This document shows, piece by piece, positions 32,356-43,300 of a DNA stretch of 64,000 nt (its first letter is position 1; the number at the start of each line of letters is the position of its first letter). The notes under the pieces are model-generated. The model was given only the letters and a program-made list of their open reading frames with translations. It ran no database searches and was not told the DNA's origin. Position numbers and translations under genes: made by a program. This DNA is from Candidatus Latescibacterota bacterium (GTDB taxonomy: Bacteria > Latescibacterota > UBA2968): NCBI GenBank assembly GCA_965198115.1, contig OZ240241.1:7488001-7552000 (forward strand). Direction: 5' to 3'.

Positions 32356-32436
32356 CGTCTCCTCGGTATAGTGTGTGAAGGGCCGATATGGGATAGCACA
32401 GGCACCTTCGAATGTCAAGCTTGCGAATCGCTACGG

Positions 32437-32850
32437 CTACAGTCTGTAGAGCATTAGATAGATGACAACGCCGCTCACGCACACGAAGATCCAGGAAGGC
32501 CAGACCCATCTCGCGAGTGCCCGATGGCGTTCGAAATCGCCTCGCCACGCTCGTCGCACGATCACGAGGATAAACGGAACGTTGACGGCGGCGAGGATGA
32601 CGTGGGGGATCAGGATGGCGAAGTAGACGGGCCGGGTCCAATCGTGATGGGGGTAGGGAACCGAGCCGACCTGCGAGTGGTAAATCAGGTAGGATATCAA
32701 GAAAAGGATCGAAGCGGCAAGAGCCCCAATCATCCACTTTCGGTGACGTTCCCGATCGCCGCGTCGGATCTCCCGGTAGCCCATGATCAGAAGAAACGCG
32801 CTCAGGGCGTTCAATGCCGCGTTCAGCGTGGGTAAGTTCGATGCGTTCAC
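32437..32850 (-). CDS. DUF420 family membrane protein
   Basis: LPTLNAALNA, HRKWM, FLISYLIYH, ILIPHVILA and HRALARW motifs. Confidence 0.9.
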   Translation of the reverse strand: MNASNLPTLNAALNALSAFLLIMGYREIRRGDRERHRKWMIGALAASILFLISYLIYHSQVGSVPYPHHDWTRPVYFAILIPHVILAAVNVPFILVIVRRAWRGDFERHRALARWVWPSWIFVCVSGVVIYLMLYRL

Positions 32851-33188
32851 AGATTCAGGATCAGCAGGCCTTAAGGTTAGGTTATGTAAAAACAGGATGT
32901 TATATGCGAGTTATCAGCAGACGATTTTGTTGCACCTCGGGTTGAGGAGGTTCTGTTCATCCGGTTTTCCTGAACACCGAACGCTGAACACCCGTCCTCA
33001 GGAGCTTCGACCTAGAGGATCCGACACGAACACACCAAACGACGGCCATCCCGCAAGAAGGGTGGATGGTAACCAAGATCCCTGTTCCGGGCAACGGAGT
33101 CGCGACAGAGACCGATCTCCTGTATCGACCGTGTTGGTGAACCGATCCTAACCTTCTATATTATAGGATGTTCAGTCGATTGGGTGCG

Positions 33189-33217
33189 TTGACATTGTAA
33201 CTGGTTTAGCCTAAAGT
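33189..33217 (+). promoter_or_regulatory. Sigma70-like promoter for the 33232 ORF
   Basis: TTGACA, 17 bp, TAAAGT. Confidence 0.55.
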
Positions 33218-33231
33218 TCGGAGACAGAGGA

Positions 33232-33435
33232 ATGGCGGAAGAGTCTGGTGCCTGGATGACACCGAATGAGGTTGGCGAGCGTCTTGGACGACGGAAGGCC
33301 AAGGACGTTTTCGACGATCTGATTTACAACCGCAAGACCCATCGGGAACTGCTCGATTTTGTGATGGAGTCTTCAGGCTGTAACGAGTACTCGGCTGAGG
33401 ATTACTTGCGGGAAATCGTCAAGCCGGACGCGTAG
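33232..33435 (+). CDS. Small hypothetical protein (67 aa)
   Basis: GAGG RBS, upstream promoter and helical protein-like sequence. Confidence 0.65.
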   Translation: MAEESGAWMTPNEVGERLGRRKAKDVFDDLIYNRKTHRELLDFVMESSGCNEYSAEDYLREIVKPDA

Positions 33436-33793
33436 TCGAGACCGGTATCCGGTCGAATGGACCGGCAAATCCTTCCTGAAAATAGGGTCGTGGGTCGTGA
33501 GGGCGCCGATGCCCATCGACCCCTTTTTATTTCGAAAGAATCGATACGAGACGCCCGCATCTTGGGGTGCCACGGGTATAGCCGCAATAAATGGTAGCGT
33601 TAGCCAACCTGTCGGTGAGTCGGGGTCGTGGCGGACGTGGAATCAGAGAATCGGGTCCTGGGCGTCGGAGGGACTGGCCTTCCCTTTGCTTCTTAGTGGC
33701 AGGAATCGCACGCCAGCGCTTTCCGGCGGCATCCCCCGACCGGGATCGCTGATTTGATACCTAGGTCTCTCTGACCTGAACTTCGGAGATGGC

Positions 33794-34875
33794 ATGAAGA
33801 CATTCATTCACACACTCTGCCTCGCTATGTGTCTGCTTTTGGCCAGTTCGACACTCGCTCTGGCCGGCCAGGCCAAGGTCCTTTCCTCGGATGACAGCAA
33901 CATCAAGATCGGCGCTGGCGTCGATCGTGGCGTTCGTGTCGGGATGCTGGCCGAAATCTATCGTCAGGCCGCGCCGTTGATCCATCCTGTGACGGGCGAA
34001 AATCTCGGCAGCCCGAAGGTCAAGATCGCCCGAATCGAGATCACGTCGGTCGGCGCTGTGTCGTCCGAAGGGCGGTTCGTCGAGAACTACGCCCCCGTCG
34101 AGGCTGGCGATGTCGTCGAATCGATCGAGGTGGCGCCGACGGAAGAGGATCAGATCCGTGCGTCGATCGCCGTGACGCAGGCTCGGTTCAAGGAAATCGC
34201 GGACGGGCTTGCCCAGGAGATCACGTCGAACAAGAAGGCCATCACCGATCTACGCGCGACCCTTCGACGGATCGGAAGCTCCGAGCACCGGCTCCGCGCA
34301 ATCGCGAACGACGTTGCCAACATGCGCGAGCGGATGGTGACGATCGAAAGCCGCATTGTCGAGCTCGAAGACAATCAGGTCGCTATGATCATGCAGGACT
34401 CCGCCGAAGCTACATCCATGGTGGAGGATATGACGGAACTACGAGTGTTGCGTCGCGACGAGACCGAGGAGATCCATCTTCTGATCGGAGACCGGACGTA
34501 TCGTCTGTCGTTCGAGGACAACGCGCTGACCGAATGCCCGGAGAGATGGGCGAAGGAATGGAAGGTGTGGACGATCTGTTGAGTCCCATGCCAGAGGAGG
34601 AGGAAGAGACACCCTGGTACATTGCTTACTGGTGGGTTGGACTCGTGATCGGTGTTCTTGGCGCCGCGGCTGTGATCGCGCTGCGGTTCTTCAAGCGGTC
34701 TGAGCCCGCTGCCGAGGAGGCCGGGGGCGAAGAAGACGAAGGTGAGGGTGCACTGGAGGCCGCCGACGGCGGATTCCCCGAAGCCGAGGTCGAGGTAGAT
34801 GAGGACGAAGTCGAAGACTTCAACGAGGAAATCCCCGAGCCCGAAGATCTGGAACCCGCGGAGACGGAAGAGTAA
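33794..34875 (+). CDS. Exported FlgT-C-like domain, coiled coil, TM helix and acidic tail protein (frameshift near 34535)
   Basis: Signal peptide; G...GV.VG....IHPVTGENLG motif; second frame carries WWVGLVIGVLGAAAVIAL-RFFKR and an E-rich tail. Confidence 0.6.
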
Positions 34876-34877
34876 CC

Positions 34878-36224
34878 ATGACAAGGATACTACGTTTCGC
34901 CACGGTTGTCCTGACGTTGTGCATTCTGGTGAGCCTTCCAGCCAATGCACAAGATAGAAGGGGTTATGTCCTTCGCGCCGAAGGCCGGCTGGTCTTTATC
35001 GATCTGGGTGTTCAGGACGAGGTGATTCCGAACGACCTGTTCAGCATGGTTCGTCAGGAGTCGATCATCCATCCGGTGACCGGTGAGAATCTCGGAGGCG
35101 AAGTGCACATGGGCATGGTTCGCGTCGTCGAGATTTTCAACCGCTATTCGACGGCCGAGATCCTGAATCTTTCGCCCGGCATCGACCTGAGAGTTCTGGA
35201 CAGCGAAGCCAAGCAGGGTCTCATCCGCGTCAAATCGCTTTCCGCCGAGGAGGAGATGAATGCGCAGAAAGTGATGATGCGGCCGACGACGGAAAACCCC
35301 GATGGTCCCATCAAGGGAGTCATCCCCCAGATTCAGTTAGGTGGGGGGAGCAAGGTTCAGACGAACCTGCCCGAATCCGTGTTTGCTCTCGTCAACGATG
35401 CAAGTCTGCTGGCTCAGGCAGCCAGCCCCGACACGGTCCTGGAAAACCCCAATAGTTCGATCATCATTGCTCTGGGTGCGCACTATCCACTATCGAATCG
35501 CGCCTCGCTCATCGGTGACTTGTCGGTCGGGGCCCGATCGAAGCTCGCAATCGGCGCGAAAGTCTTCACGGGCTCGTGGTTCGGGTCCGGACGGCCGACA
35601 CCCGACGGGCGCATCGGCGAACCCGTCCTACGACTGACGGTCGGATTGGGGGGCAAGGGCAGCAGCAGCCTGCCGTTGAGCGCCACGAGTCGTCTGATTG
35701 CAGATCCTGCGCTCGTCGCGCCCGACACCTTCAGCATCGTGATCGGGGACTCCACGCTCATCAGGAGCAATCCCGATCTGACGCCGGAAGCCGTGGCGCA
35801 GGTCGATTCGACCTATCGGGCAGTGGTAACCGACAGCTTGAGGACGCTTGCCGCGGACTCGCTTTCGGCGATCGCCAAACGCGGTCTGGGAATCGGGATC
35901 GGCGTGGATCTGCCCGTAACGAGCAAAATCAAGGTGAACCTGGGTCTGGAGCGCTTTGGGAGTATCGAGGAGTACACCGTCGGTCTGACTTACTACGTGC
36001 GCCCGCTCTCGTCGAAGGCGATGACGAATCCCGACGGGGTGCTGCGATCGTTCATCTTCGGCGCGCAGGGGGTGTTCGACACGGAATACGACAAGACGTA
36101 TCTGGACCTGAACGTGACCTATCCGTTGACACCTATGTATACGGTTTCCGGGGGGTTTACGAGCAATTTTGGAGGATTCAGCCACTTCGGGCTGACGGTT
36201 CGGGGCTATATCGACCGAATGTGA
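34878..36224 (+). CDS. Exported protein with FlgT-C-like N-domain and probable outer-membrane beta-rich C-domain
   Basis: Signal peptide; VFIDLG...IIHPVTGENLGG; repeated NPDG followed by amphipathic strands. Confidence 0.65.
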   Translation: MTRILRFATVVLTLCILVSLPANAQDRRGYVLRAEGRLVFIDLGVQDEVIPNDLFSMVRQESIIHPVTGENLGGEVHMGMVRVVEIFNRYSTAEILNLSPGIDLRVLDSEAKQGLIRVKSLSAEEEMNAQKVMMRPTTENPDGPIKGVIPQIQLGGGSKVQTNLPESVFALVNDASLLAQAASPDTVLENPNSSIIIALGAHYPLSNRASLIGDLSVGARSKLAIGAKVFTGSWFGSGRPTPDGRIGEPVLRLTVGLGGKGSSSLPLSATSRLIADPALVAPDTFSIVIGDSTLIRSNPDLTPEAVAQVDSTYRAVVTDSLRTLAADSLSAIAKRGLGIGIGVDLPVTSKIKVNLGLERFGSIEEYTVGLTYYVRPLSSKAMTNPDGVLRSFIFGAQGVFDTEYDKTYLDLNVTYPLTPMYTVSGGFTSNFGGFSHFGLTVRGYIDRM

Positions 36225-36316
36225 CCCTCCCTTTAGCAGACGACATTGCCGAATGCGGGATGCGGGCTTCCTGAGCCCGAGTCCCGCGTTTTGGCTTTTT
36301 GGGCTGGAGAGATGCC

Positions 36317-38134
36317 ATGCGTAAGGGTGTGGCGGTGCTGGACTTCGGTGGGCAATACGCTCATCTCATCGCGAATCGAATCAGGCGTCTGCAAGTTTAT
36401 TCTGAAATTTTCCCGCCGACAGCCGATCCATCAGAAATAGGGGGCGCTTGCGGCATCATCTATTCAGGGGGCCCGGGCAGCGTCTATGATGACGATCAGC
36501 CCGATTTCAACGAGGCTCTCCTGTCGCTCACGCTTCCGGTACTCGGGCTCTGTTACGGGCATCAGCTTATCTGTCAGCGGCTCGGCGGAAACGTCGTGGC
36601 CGGCTCGATCCGCGAATACGGCACGGCCTCCCTCGAGATCGAGCGTCGGGACCACGTGTTCTCGGGTCTGGACGTGATCGAGACCGTGTGGATGAGTCAC
36701 GGCGACACGGTGGAGCGTCTGCCGGGCGGCTTCGTGACGTATGGGCGCACGCCGGACTGTCCGGCCGCGGCGGTGGGTGACCCGGAGCGCCGGATCTTCG
36801 GATTCCAGTTCCACCCGGAGGTCGCGCACACTCCGTCGGGGATGACCATGTTGGATAATTTTCTGACGGTCTGCGACGCCCCCCGGAACTGGACGATGGA
36901 CAACTACGCGGAGGAAGTCGCGTCCGACATCCGCCGGACCGCAGGCGATCGCAACGCGTTTCTGCTCGTTTCGGGCGGTGTGGATTCGACGGTGGCCTTT
37001 GTTCTGTTCAACCGGGCGTTGGGGCCCGAGCGCGTGCTGGGACTTCACATCGACAACGGGTTCATGCGAAAGGGCGAGACGGCCGACGTGGCGTCTTACA
37101 TGAAAGCCCACGGGTTCGAAAATCTGACGATCGAGGATGCGAGCGAGGACTTTTTGCTGAACGTGGAGGGCATCGTCGAACCGGAAGCCAAGCGCAAGGC
37201 GATCGGCCAGACCTTTCTGGACGTGAAGGATCGCGTTCTGGACAGTCTGTCCCTGGATCCCGATGCGTGGGTGCTCGGACAGGGTACGCTCTACCCCGAT
37301 ACGATCGAATCGGGGGGGACCGAGAACGCGGCGCTGATCAAGACGCATCACAATCGGATCGACGTGATCGAAGAGATGATCGCAGAAGGGAAGGTCATCG
37401 AACCGCTCGCCCAGCTTTACAAGGACGAGGTGCGGGACCTGGGGACGACCCTGGGTCTGCCCGATTCGTTAGTCTGGCGGCAGCCGTTTCCAGGCCCCGG
37501 ACTGGCGGTGCGATGTCTGTGTTCGCAGGGTGAAGACGGCGAGGACCTTTCCGACGTTGATAGGACTGTGGCCGCCATCGTAGCCGAGGTTGGGCTCTCG
37601 TCGAAGGTGCTGCCGCTCCAGAGCGTCGGCGTGCAAGGCGATTTCCGGACTTACGCGCACCCGGCGATGGTGTGGGGAGACACCGATTGGGCAACGCTCG
37701 AAGTCGTTTCGACGCGTGTGACGAACGAAGTTCGTGGGGTGAATCGTGTGATCTACCTCATCGTCCCCGATACACCGCCCGACCTACGTTTGAAGCGGTC
37801 GTTTCTGTCCCGGGAGCGCTTGGACGTACTCCGCGAAGCCGACGCCATCGCGATGCAGGCCATCGCGGATGCCGGATTGGACGGTCGGGCGGACGATCAC
37901 CCTGGTGCTGTTTCGCAGATGCCGACGGTGTTGTTGCCCCTTACGGCGGACGGTCAGAGCGAGACCGTCGTACTGCGGCCAGTGACGACGCCGGATTTCA
38001 TGACGGCGCGTTTTGCAGAATTGCCGCGTGAGCTGCTACTAAAAATGGGTGAGAGTATCCTGTCGTTGCCCGGCATCGGTGCCGTGCTCTTCGACGTGAC
38101 ACACAAGCCACCCGGCACGGTCGAGTGGGAATGA
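36317..38134 (+). CDS. guaA: GMP synthase (glutamine-hydrolysing)
   Basis: VLDFGGQY, GLCYGHQ, QFHPEV, SGGVDS, QGTLYPD.IES, IKTHHN, PFPGPGL and KPPGTVEWE motifs. Confidence 0.97.
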   Translation: MRKGVAVLDFGGQYAHLIANRIRRLQVYSEIFPPTADPSEIGGACGIIYSGGPGSVYDDDQPDFNEALLSLTLPVLGLCYGHQLICQRLGGNVVAGSIREYGTASLEIERRDHVFSGLDVIETVWMSHGDTVERLPGGFVTYGRTPDCPAAAVGDPERRIFGFQFHPEVAHTPSGMTMLDNFLTVCDAPRNWTMDNYAEEVASDIRRTAGDRNAFLLVSGGVDSTVAFVLFNRALGPERVLGLHIDNGFMRKGETADVASYMKAHGFENLTIEDASEDFLLNVEGIVEPEAKRKAIGQTFLDVKDRVLDSLSLDPDAWVLGQGTLYPDTIESGGTENAALIKTHHNRIDVIEEMIAEGKVIEPLAQLYKDEVRDLGTTLGLPDSLVWRQPFPGPGLAVRCLCSQGEDGEDLSDVDRTVAAIVAEVGLSSKVLPLQSVGVQGDFRTYAHPAMVWGDTDWATLEVVSTRVTNEVRGVNRVIYLIVPDTPPDLRLKRSFLSRERLDVLREADAIAMQAIADAGLDGRADDHPGAVSQMPTVLLPLTADGQSETVVLRPVTTPDFMTARFAELPRELLLKMGESILSLPGIGAVLFDVTHKPPGTVEWE

Positions 38135-38149
38135 GATGGGACCACGGTT

Positions 38150-40378
38150 GTGAGATTCCTGATGGTCGGGCTGTTCAGCCTCCTCGGGGCGCAGGATGCC
38201 CAGGGTGCCCCCCTCCTCACCTTTTCGGTGAGCCGGGCGTCGTTCGATACCGTGGCCGTCTTCGATTCGGCCGAGCAGGTCGTAGAAGTGGTCAACGCGG
38301 GTGATGAAACGCTGACGGTCACAGACATTCTGTCGGCCGATTCGGTGAGCGCCTTTAGCGCGACGCCGACGAGTTTTTCGGTCGGTGTCGGAGACAGCCA
38401 GTCTGTCACGCTGACGTTCGCCCCTGCGTGGGGCGGCTCACACGTGGATGCGTTGTTGTTCTCTACCGACGGGGAGGTGCCGGGTGGAGGGCTGAGCGCG
38501 CTCCTGGCAGAAGGGACGGCGCAGGGGCCGGGGCTGCAGGCGCAGACGGCCGAATTGTCGTTCGAGTCGCTCGAACTGGGTGTCGCCAAGGTGGCTTCCG
38601 TGATTTTGACGAACACGGGGAACGCGACGCTGACGGTCTCGGATGTGCTGGCGGACGATGCACGATTCAGCGTGGCGACGACCCAGCTGACCCTGGCGCC
38701 CTCGGCGGCATCGACGGTCGAGGTGACCTACACGCCGACGGGATCGTCTCCCGTTTCGGACAGTTTGAGAATCGAAAGTGACGATCCGGGCGCGCCGGTT
38801 GTTGCCCTGTCGCTCAAGACGGAGGAGACGCCCGTCAACGCGGCGAACGCCCGAGTCGCCCTGGCTTTGGTCGAGGGGTCGACGACACCGGTCGTCGGCG
38901 ATACGCTGAGCATCCATCTGACGCTGAGTGCGAATGGCGATACGCTTAGCGGGGCGGAGGTCTTTCTGCGTTACGATGCGACCGCGCTGGTGCCGGCGGA
39001 CCCCGTCGTGCCGGCGCAGGGTGCCGGTTTTACCCAGGGCCTCGAGTTTTTGATCAACCGGATCGAGGGGAGCGGGACCGAGGGCGTCGTTCACTTCTCG
39101 GCCGCTTTCAACAAGAGCAAGACGACGACGGACACGCTGGCGACGGTGACGTTCGTCGTAGAGAATCCGCTCGAGGACGTTCGCACGATAAGGTTGTTGA
39201 CGGATGCACCGTTGCTGAACTCGCAGTTCAGCCGACCCGACGGTCTTTCTCGCACGCTGCCGGGTGTGAATCGCATCCAGATCGGCAACGCACCGCCCCA
39301 GATTTCGCCGTTTCCGATCGTCGGGGCCGACGAGGACGATTCGGGTAGCATCGGTCTGAACGGGCTGGTCGTGGATCTGGAGACCTCCGACGCGGATCTG
39401 ACCTGGAGTTTCGATGACATCGATGGACTGGGTCTGGTGTCGTCGGTTTCGACGCCCAGTCCGCAGACCGGGCAGGTCGGGAGGATCTTTCCGCCAGCAG
39501 ATGGGTTCGGCGTTTTCCGCATCCAGGCGACGGTGGTCGATGCGTCAGGGGCTGCAGACTCAGTCGTGGCGCTGCTGGATGTGACACCGATGAACGATCC
39601 CCCGTCCGAGCTCGTCTATTCCGCACCGGCTGACAGCAGTCGTGACCTCGGCACGCCGATCGAGTTTCGATGGGTGGGGAGCGATCCGGAGGGTGATACG
39701 TTGACCTACGAGTTCCGGTTTGGACCGGATTCAGACAACCTGATCGTTTCGGGAGCGGGTCTGACGGCGCCGGAGTTCGTGGTGGTGCAGCCCTCGCCCG
39801 GGGCGACGCTATTCTGGCAGGTCGTCGCGCGAGATTCCGATGGCCTGACTCGCGACGGCCCGATCTACGAATTGACGTTTGCCGAAGACCAGACACCGCC
39901 CGCCTTCATGGCGGAGCCAGTCGTTGGGACGATCACGTCGATTTCGGTGAGAATCGTGTGGCAGACGACCGAAGTAGCCGATGCCCGTGTTCGATTGGGG
40001 ACGTTACCCGATCTTTCCGATTCCACGTCCTTCGAAGAGGTCGTGGATGACGGGCACGCGCTGACGCAAGATATCCTGATCGACGGACTGGACGCGACTT
40101 TCACCTACTACTATCGCGTCGTGATCGCCGATGTCTTCGGCAACAGGTACGCGGGCGACGTCGGCACGTTCACGACGGCAGATGTCAACGCAGGAGACCT
40201 CGACGGCGACGGCGAGGTGGGGTTTCAGGACACGCTGCAGTTTGCCGCGTCGTTCGGGCTGTCGGCTTCGGATGCGGACTTCGATCCCCGAGCGGATCTG
40301 ACTGGGGATGGCGTCGTCAACTTCACGGATTTCCTGAGCTTTGCGAACCTTTTTGGAACGGTCTATCCCTCGGATTAG
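38150..40378 (+). CDS. Secreted modular protein: two ASH/choice-of-anchor-D Ig domains, cohesin-like domain, Ig/FN3 domains and C-terminal dockerin-like domain
   Basis: N.G...LTV.D repeats; GAEVFLRYDATAL; GDLDGDGEVGFQD...ADLTGDGVVNFTDFLSFANLFG. Confidence 0.8.
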   Translation: MRFLMVGLFSLLGAQDAQGAPLLTFSVSRASFDTVAVFDSAEQVVEVVNAGDETLTVTDILSADSVSAFSATPTSFSVGVGDSQSVTLTFAPAWGGSHVDALLFSTDGEVPGGGLSALLAEGTAQGPGLQAQTAELSFESLELGVAKVASVILTNTGNATLTVSDVLADDARFSVATTQLTLAPSAASTVEVTYTPTGSSPVSDSLRIESDDPGAPVVALSLKTEETPVNAANARVALALVEGSTTPVVGDTLSIHLTLSANGDTLSGAEVFLRYDATALVPADPVVPAQGAGFTQGLEFLINRIEGSGTEGVVHFSAAFNKSKTTTDTLATVTFVVENPLEDVRTIRLLTDAPLLNSQFSRPDGLSRTLPGVNRIQIGNAPPQISPFPIVGADEDDSGSIGLNGLVVDLETSDADLTWSFDDIDGLGLVSSVSTPSPQTGQVGRIFPPADGFGVFRIQATVVDASGAADSVVALLDVTPMNDPPSELVYSAPADSSRDLGTPIEFRWVGSDPEGDTLTYEFRFGPDSDNLIVSGAGLTAPEFVVVQPSPGATLFWQVVARDSDGLTRDGPIYELTFAEDQTPPAFMAEPVVGTITSISVRIVWQTTEVADARVRLGTLPDLSDSTSFEEVVDDGHALTQDILIDGLDATFTYYYRVVIADVFGNRYAGDVGTFTTADVNAGDLDGDGEVGFQDTLQFAASFGLSASDADFDPRADLTGDGVVNFTDFLSFANLFGTVYPSD

Positions 40379-40384
40379 ATACGG

Positions 40385-43300
40385 ATGATGATGCGTCTCC
40401 TATACATCACCGCGATGGTCGGGTTGCTTTCGTCGCCCGCACGCGGCCAGATCGATTCAGCCAACGTCTGGGTGACTACGGCGCTGGCCGGCGGCCCCCA
40501 TACGGTGCAGACGATCGTGGTCGATCCCGAACGGACCGATACGGTCTACACGGGCACGCAGCCGGGGTCCATCTACCAGAGCTTGGATCGTAGCGCGACG
40601 TGGGCGGAGATGGCGGCTGCGGCCGGAACGATTGGCGAGGGGGTCCTCTCGATCGCGTTCAACCCGCTGAATTCACAGGTGCTCTACGCCGGCGGCGACA
40701 TGAGCGGGCTTTTCCGATCGACTGATCGAGGAGCGAGTTGGACGCTGACGTCCCTGGCGATTCCACCGCTCCCAACATTCCAGACGAACGAGATCGTCGT
40801 CGACGCTTCGGACACGAGCCGCATCTACGCGGGGACTTCGGCTGGTCTGTGGATTTCGGTTGACGACGGGGGAAACTGGGCGACGACGACCGCGATCGAT
40901 ACGATCAACGGCATCAGCATCGGAGCTCTGGCCGTAATCCCGCAGACGCCGGACACGATTCTGGTCGCGTCGACGGGGTCTGCGGGTGTTTTTCGGAGCC
41001 TCGACCAGTCCGGTTCCTGGGCGCCGGCCAACACGGGCATTACGGACACGGATGTGCGGGGAATGATCGTAAGCTCTGCGGTGACGGGTCTGGTGGTCGT
41101 CGCGACGGATGGCGGTGGAATCTTCCGATCGCTCGATGCAGGCGGCTCGTGGACGGCCGCCAACACGGGAATCGGGAATCTGAATCTCGCGTCCGTAGCG
41201 ATTTCGCCGTCCAATCCGACCGTTATGTATGCGGGCTCCCAGACGGGCGAGGTCTACGAATCGACCGACAGCGGGGTAACCTGGAACGACATCACCTTCG
41301 CTCTGGCAAACGCCAATCCCGTCAACACGATCGCGCGGTGCATCCCGACAGCGCGAACATCGTCTACATCGGTATCGACGACGTCTATCGTGTTCGCCAG
41401 GCAGGATTGGATTCGATCTCTTTCCTGACGACGAACACGCAGATTTCGGTTCTCCACGGCGCTGACCTCAACGCGGACGGCGAGGGCGACTTGATCGCGG
41501 GCAACGCGGGTACGCAGTCGGTGACGATCCTGATGAACGGATCGGCGGGGGCCACGTTCGTCCAGCAGCTCCTTTCGACCGGGTCCGAGCCGACGTCGAT
41601 CGCCACGGCGGATCTGGACGGCGACAGCGATCTCGACCTGGTCGTTGGCCACCGGATTCAGCAGACCGTCGCCGTACTATTCAACGATAGTACGGGTGTG
41701 TTTTCGGCTCCGACCGAGCTGTTCGTGGGTGCGGCGGTCACGCACGTGGCCCTCGGGGACTTCGACACGGACGGCGACATCGATCTCGCGGTGACGGACG
41801 ACGGGTCGAACGTCTTCGTCTACAAGAACGACGGGATTGGCAGTTTTGGGGCTCCACAGACGACCGTCGGCGTCGTGTCGCCGTCGGGCCTTCGTGCCGA
41901 CGACTTCAGCGGCGACGGGATCGACGATCTGTTGCTGATCAGCGGTTCCTCCAGTACGGCTCGGCTCCACCGCAACCAGGGCAACGCGAACTTCACATCC
42001 GACGCGGATGTCGATCTACCGTCCAACCCGCAGGCGCTGACGATCCATCGATGGCGACGTGGATTTCGCCGTCGCGCTCGGAGACGCGTCGATCCTCGTG
42101 TATGACAACCTGGGAACCGGTTCGTTCGGCGATTCTCTCGTTTACGCCAGAGCGGACACGATGACCTCGTTGCGGTCCGTGGACCTGGATCAGGATGGCT
42201 ATCTCGATCTGTTGGCTCCCTCGGGAAGCGGGAGCGTCGACGTGCTCGTGAACGATGCGAACGGTTCGTTCGACTCGGTGCGGGTGGTCGGAACCCAGAC
42301 CGGCATCGGTGTCGGTGTGGCGTCGGATCTGACGGGGAACGGTGTTCCTGACTTTGCGCTCGCGCAGCCGCCCGACAGCAGGGTGGTGATGTTCGCCAAC
42401 ACCTTCCCACAGGACATCAAAGACCCCGCGCCCCCGCGCGATCTCGCCGCGGCCGACACACAGGGCGACCTGGGTGGACGCCTGACGCTGACGTGGCACC
42501 GGCCGAACGTGGACGAGACGACCGGGCGCATCACGCGCTACCGCGTGTATCGGGCGACGGCCGAGGCGGGGCCCTACACGCTGTTCGCGACGCTCGACAC
42601 GACGGCCACGAACGAGCGGGACAGCACCTTCGTCAACCGGACGTTCGTCGACACGACGGCTACGGTGGGCACGGGCTTTTACTACTACGTGCTGTCGGAG
42701 AACGGGGCCGCCACGCTGTCCGCTTCGTCGGACACGGTGACGTCTATGTCCATGGCGTAGCCGTTCTTCGATTTCCAGTTCGAGGGAAACAGTCCCTTCC
42801 ACATTCAGGACACGGTGTCGGTGACGGTCAGACTGAATCCGATCGGGATGGACCTGTCGAGTCTCTCGCTGTTCATCGACTACGACACACGCGCGTTCCT
42901 GATGATCGATGGAGATACGACCGAAACGGGAATTCAACCGTTCACGGTCGACTCCCTTCTCGCAGCACAGGCGAGCATTCTACAGAACAAGGTCGATACG
43001 TCCTCAACGAGCGGCACGGGCAAGGCAGATCTCGGAATCGTCTTCCTGCCGACGCTGCCCGATGAGCCGGTCCCGGTTGGGACGCTCCGCGTGGTTGCGC
43101 TTCGGGATACGACGACCCGAATCCGCGTGGTCAACGACACGACGACGGTTCGCCAGTCGGCCTTCACGAGCAACCCGGACGGCGCCCTCGTGCTGCCCTT
43201 CATCGCGCCGGCGAGTTCGATTATTTTGCGAAACCACAAGGTCCGAGGCACGGTCAGCTTCCAGGGCCGAACGGAAGCGCTGAACATCGACGCCCGATTC

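Noticed and set aside
42758-42760. In-frame TAG in the large secreted gene as programmed readthrough or pyrrolysine
   Set aside because: Single case; TAG is a normal stop elsewhere in the window; a CAG-to-TAG error or nonsense mutation is simpler.
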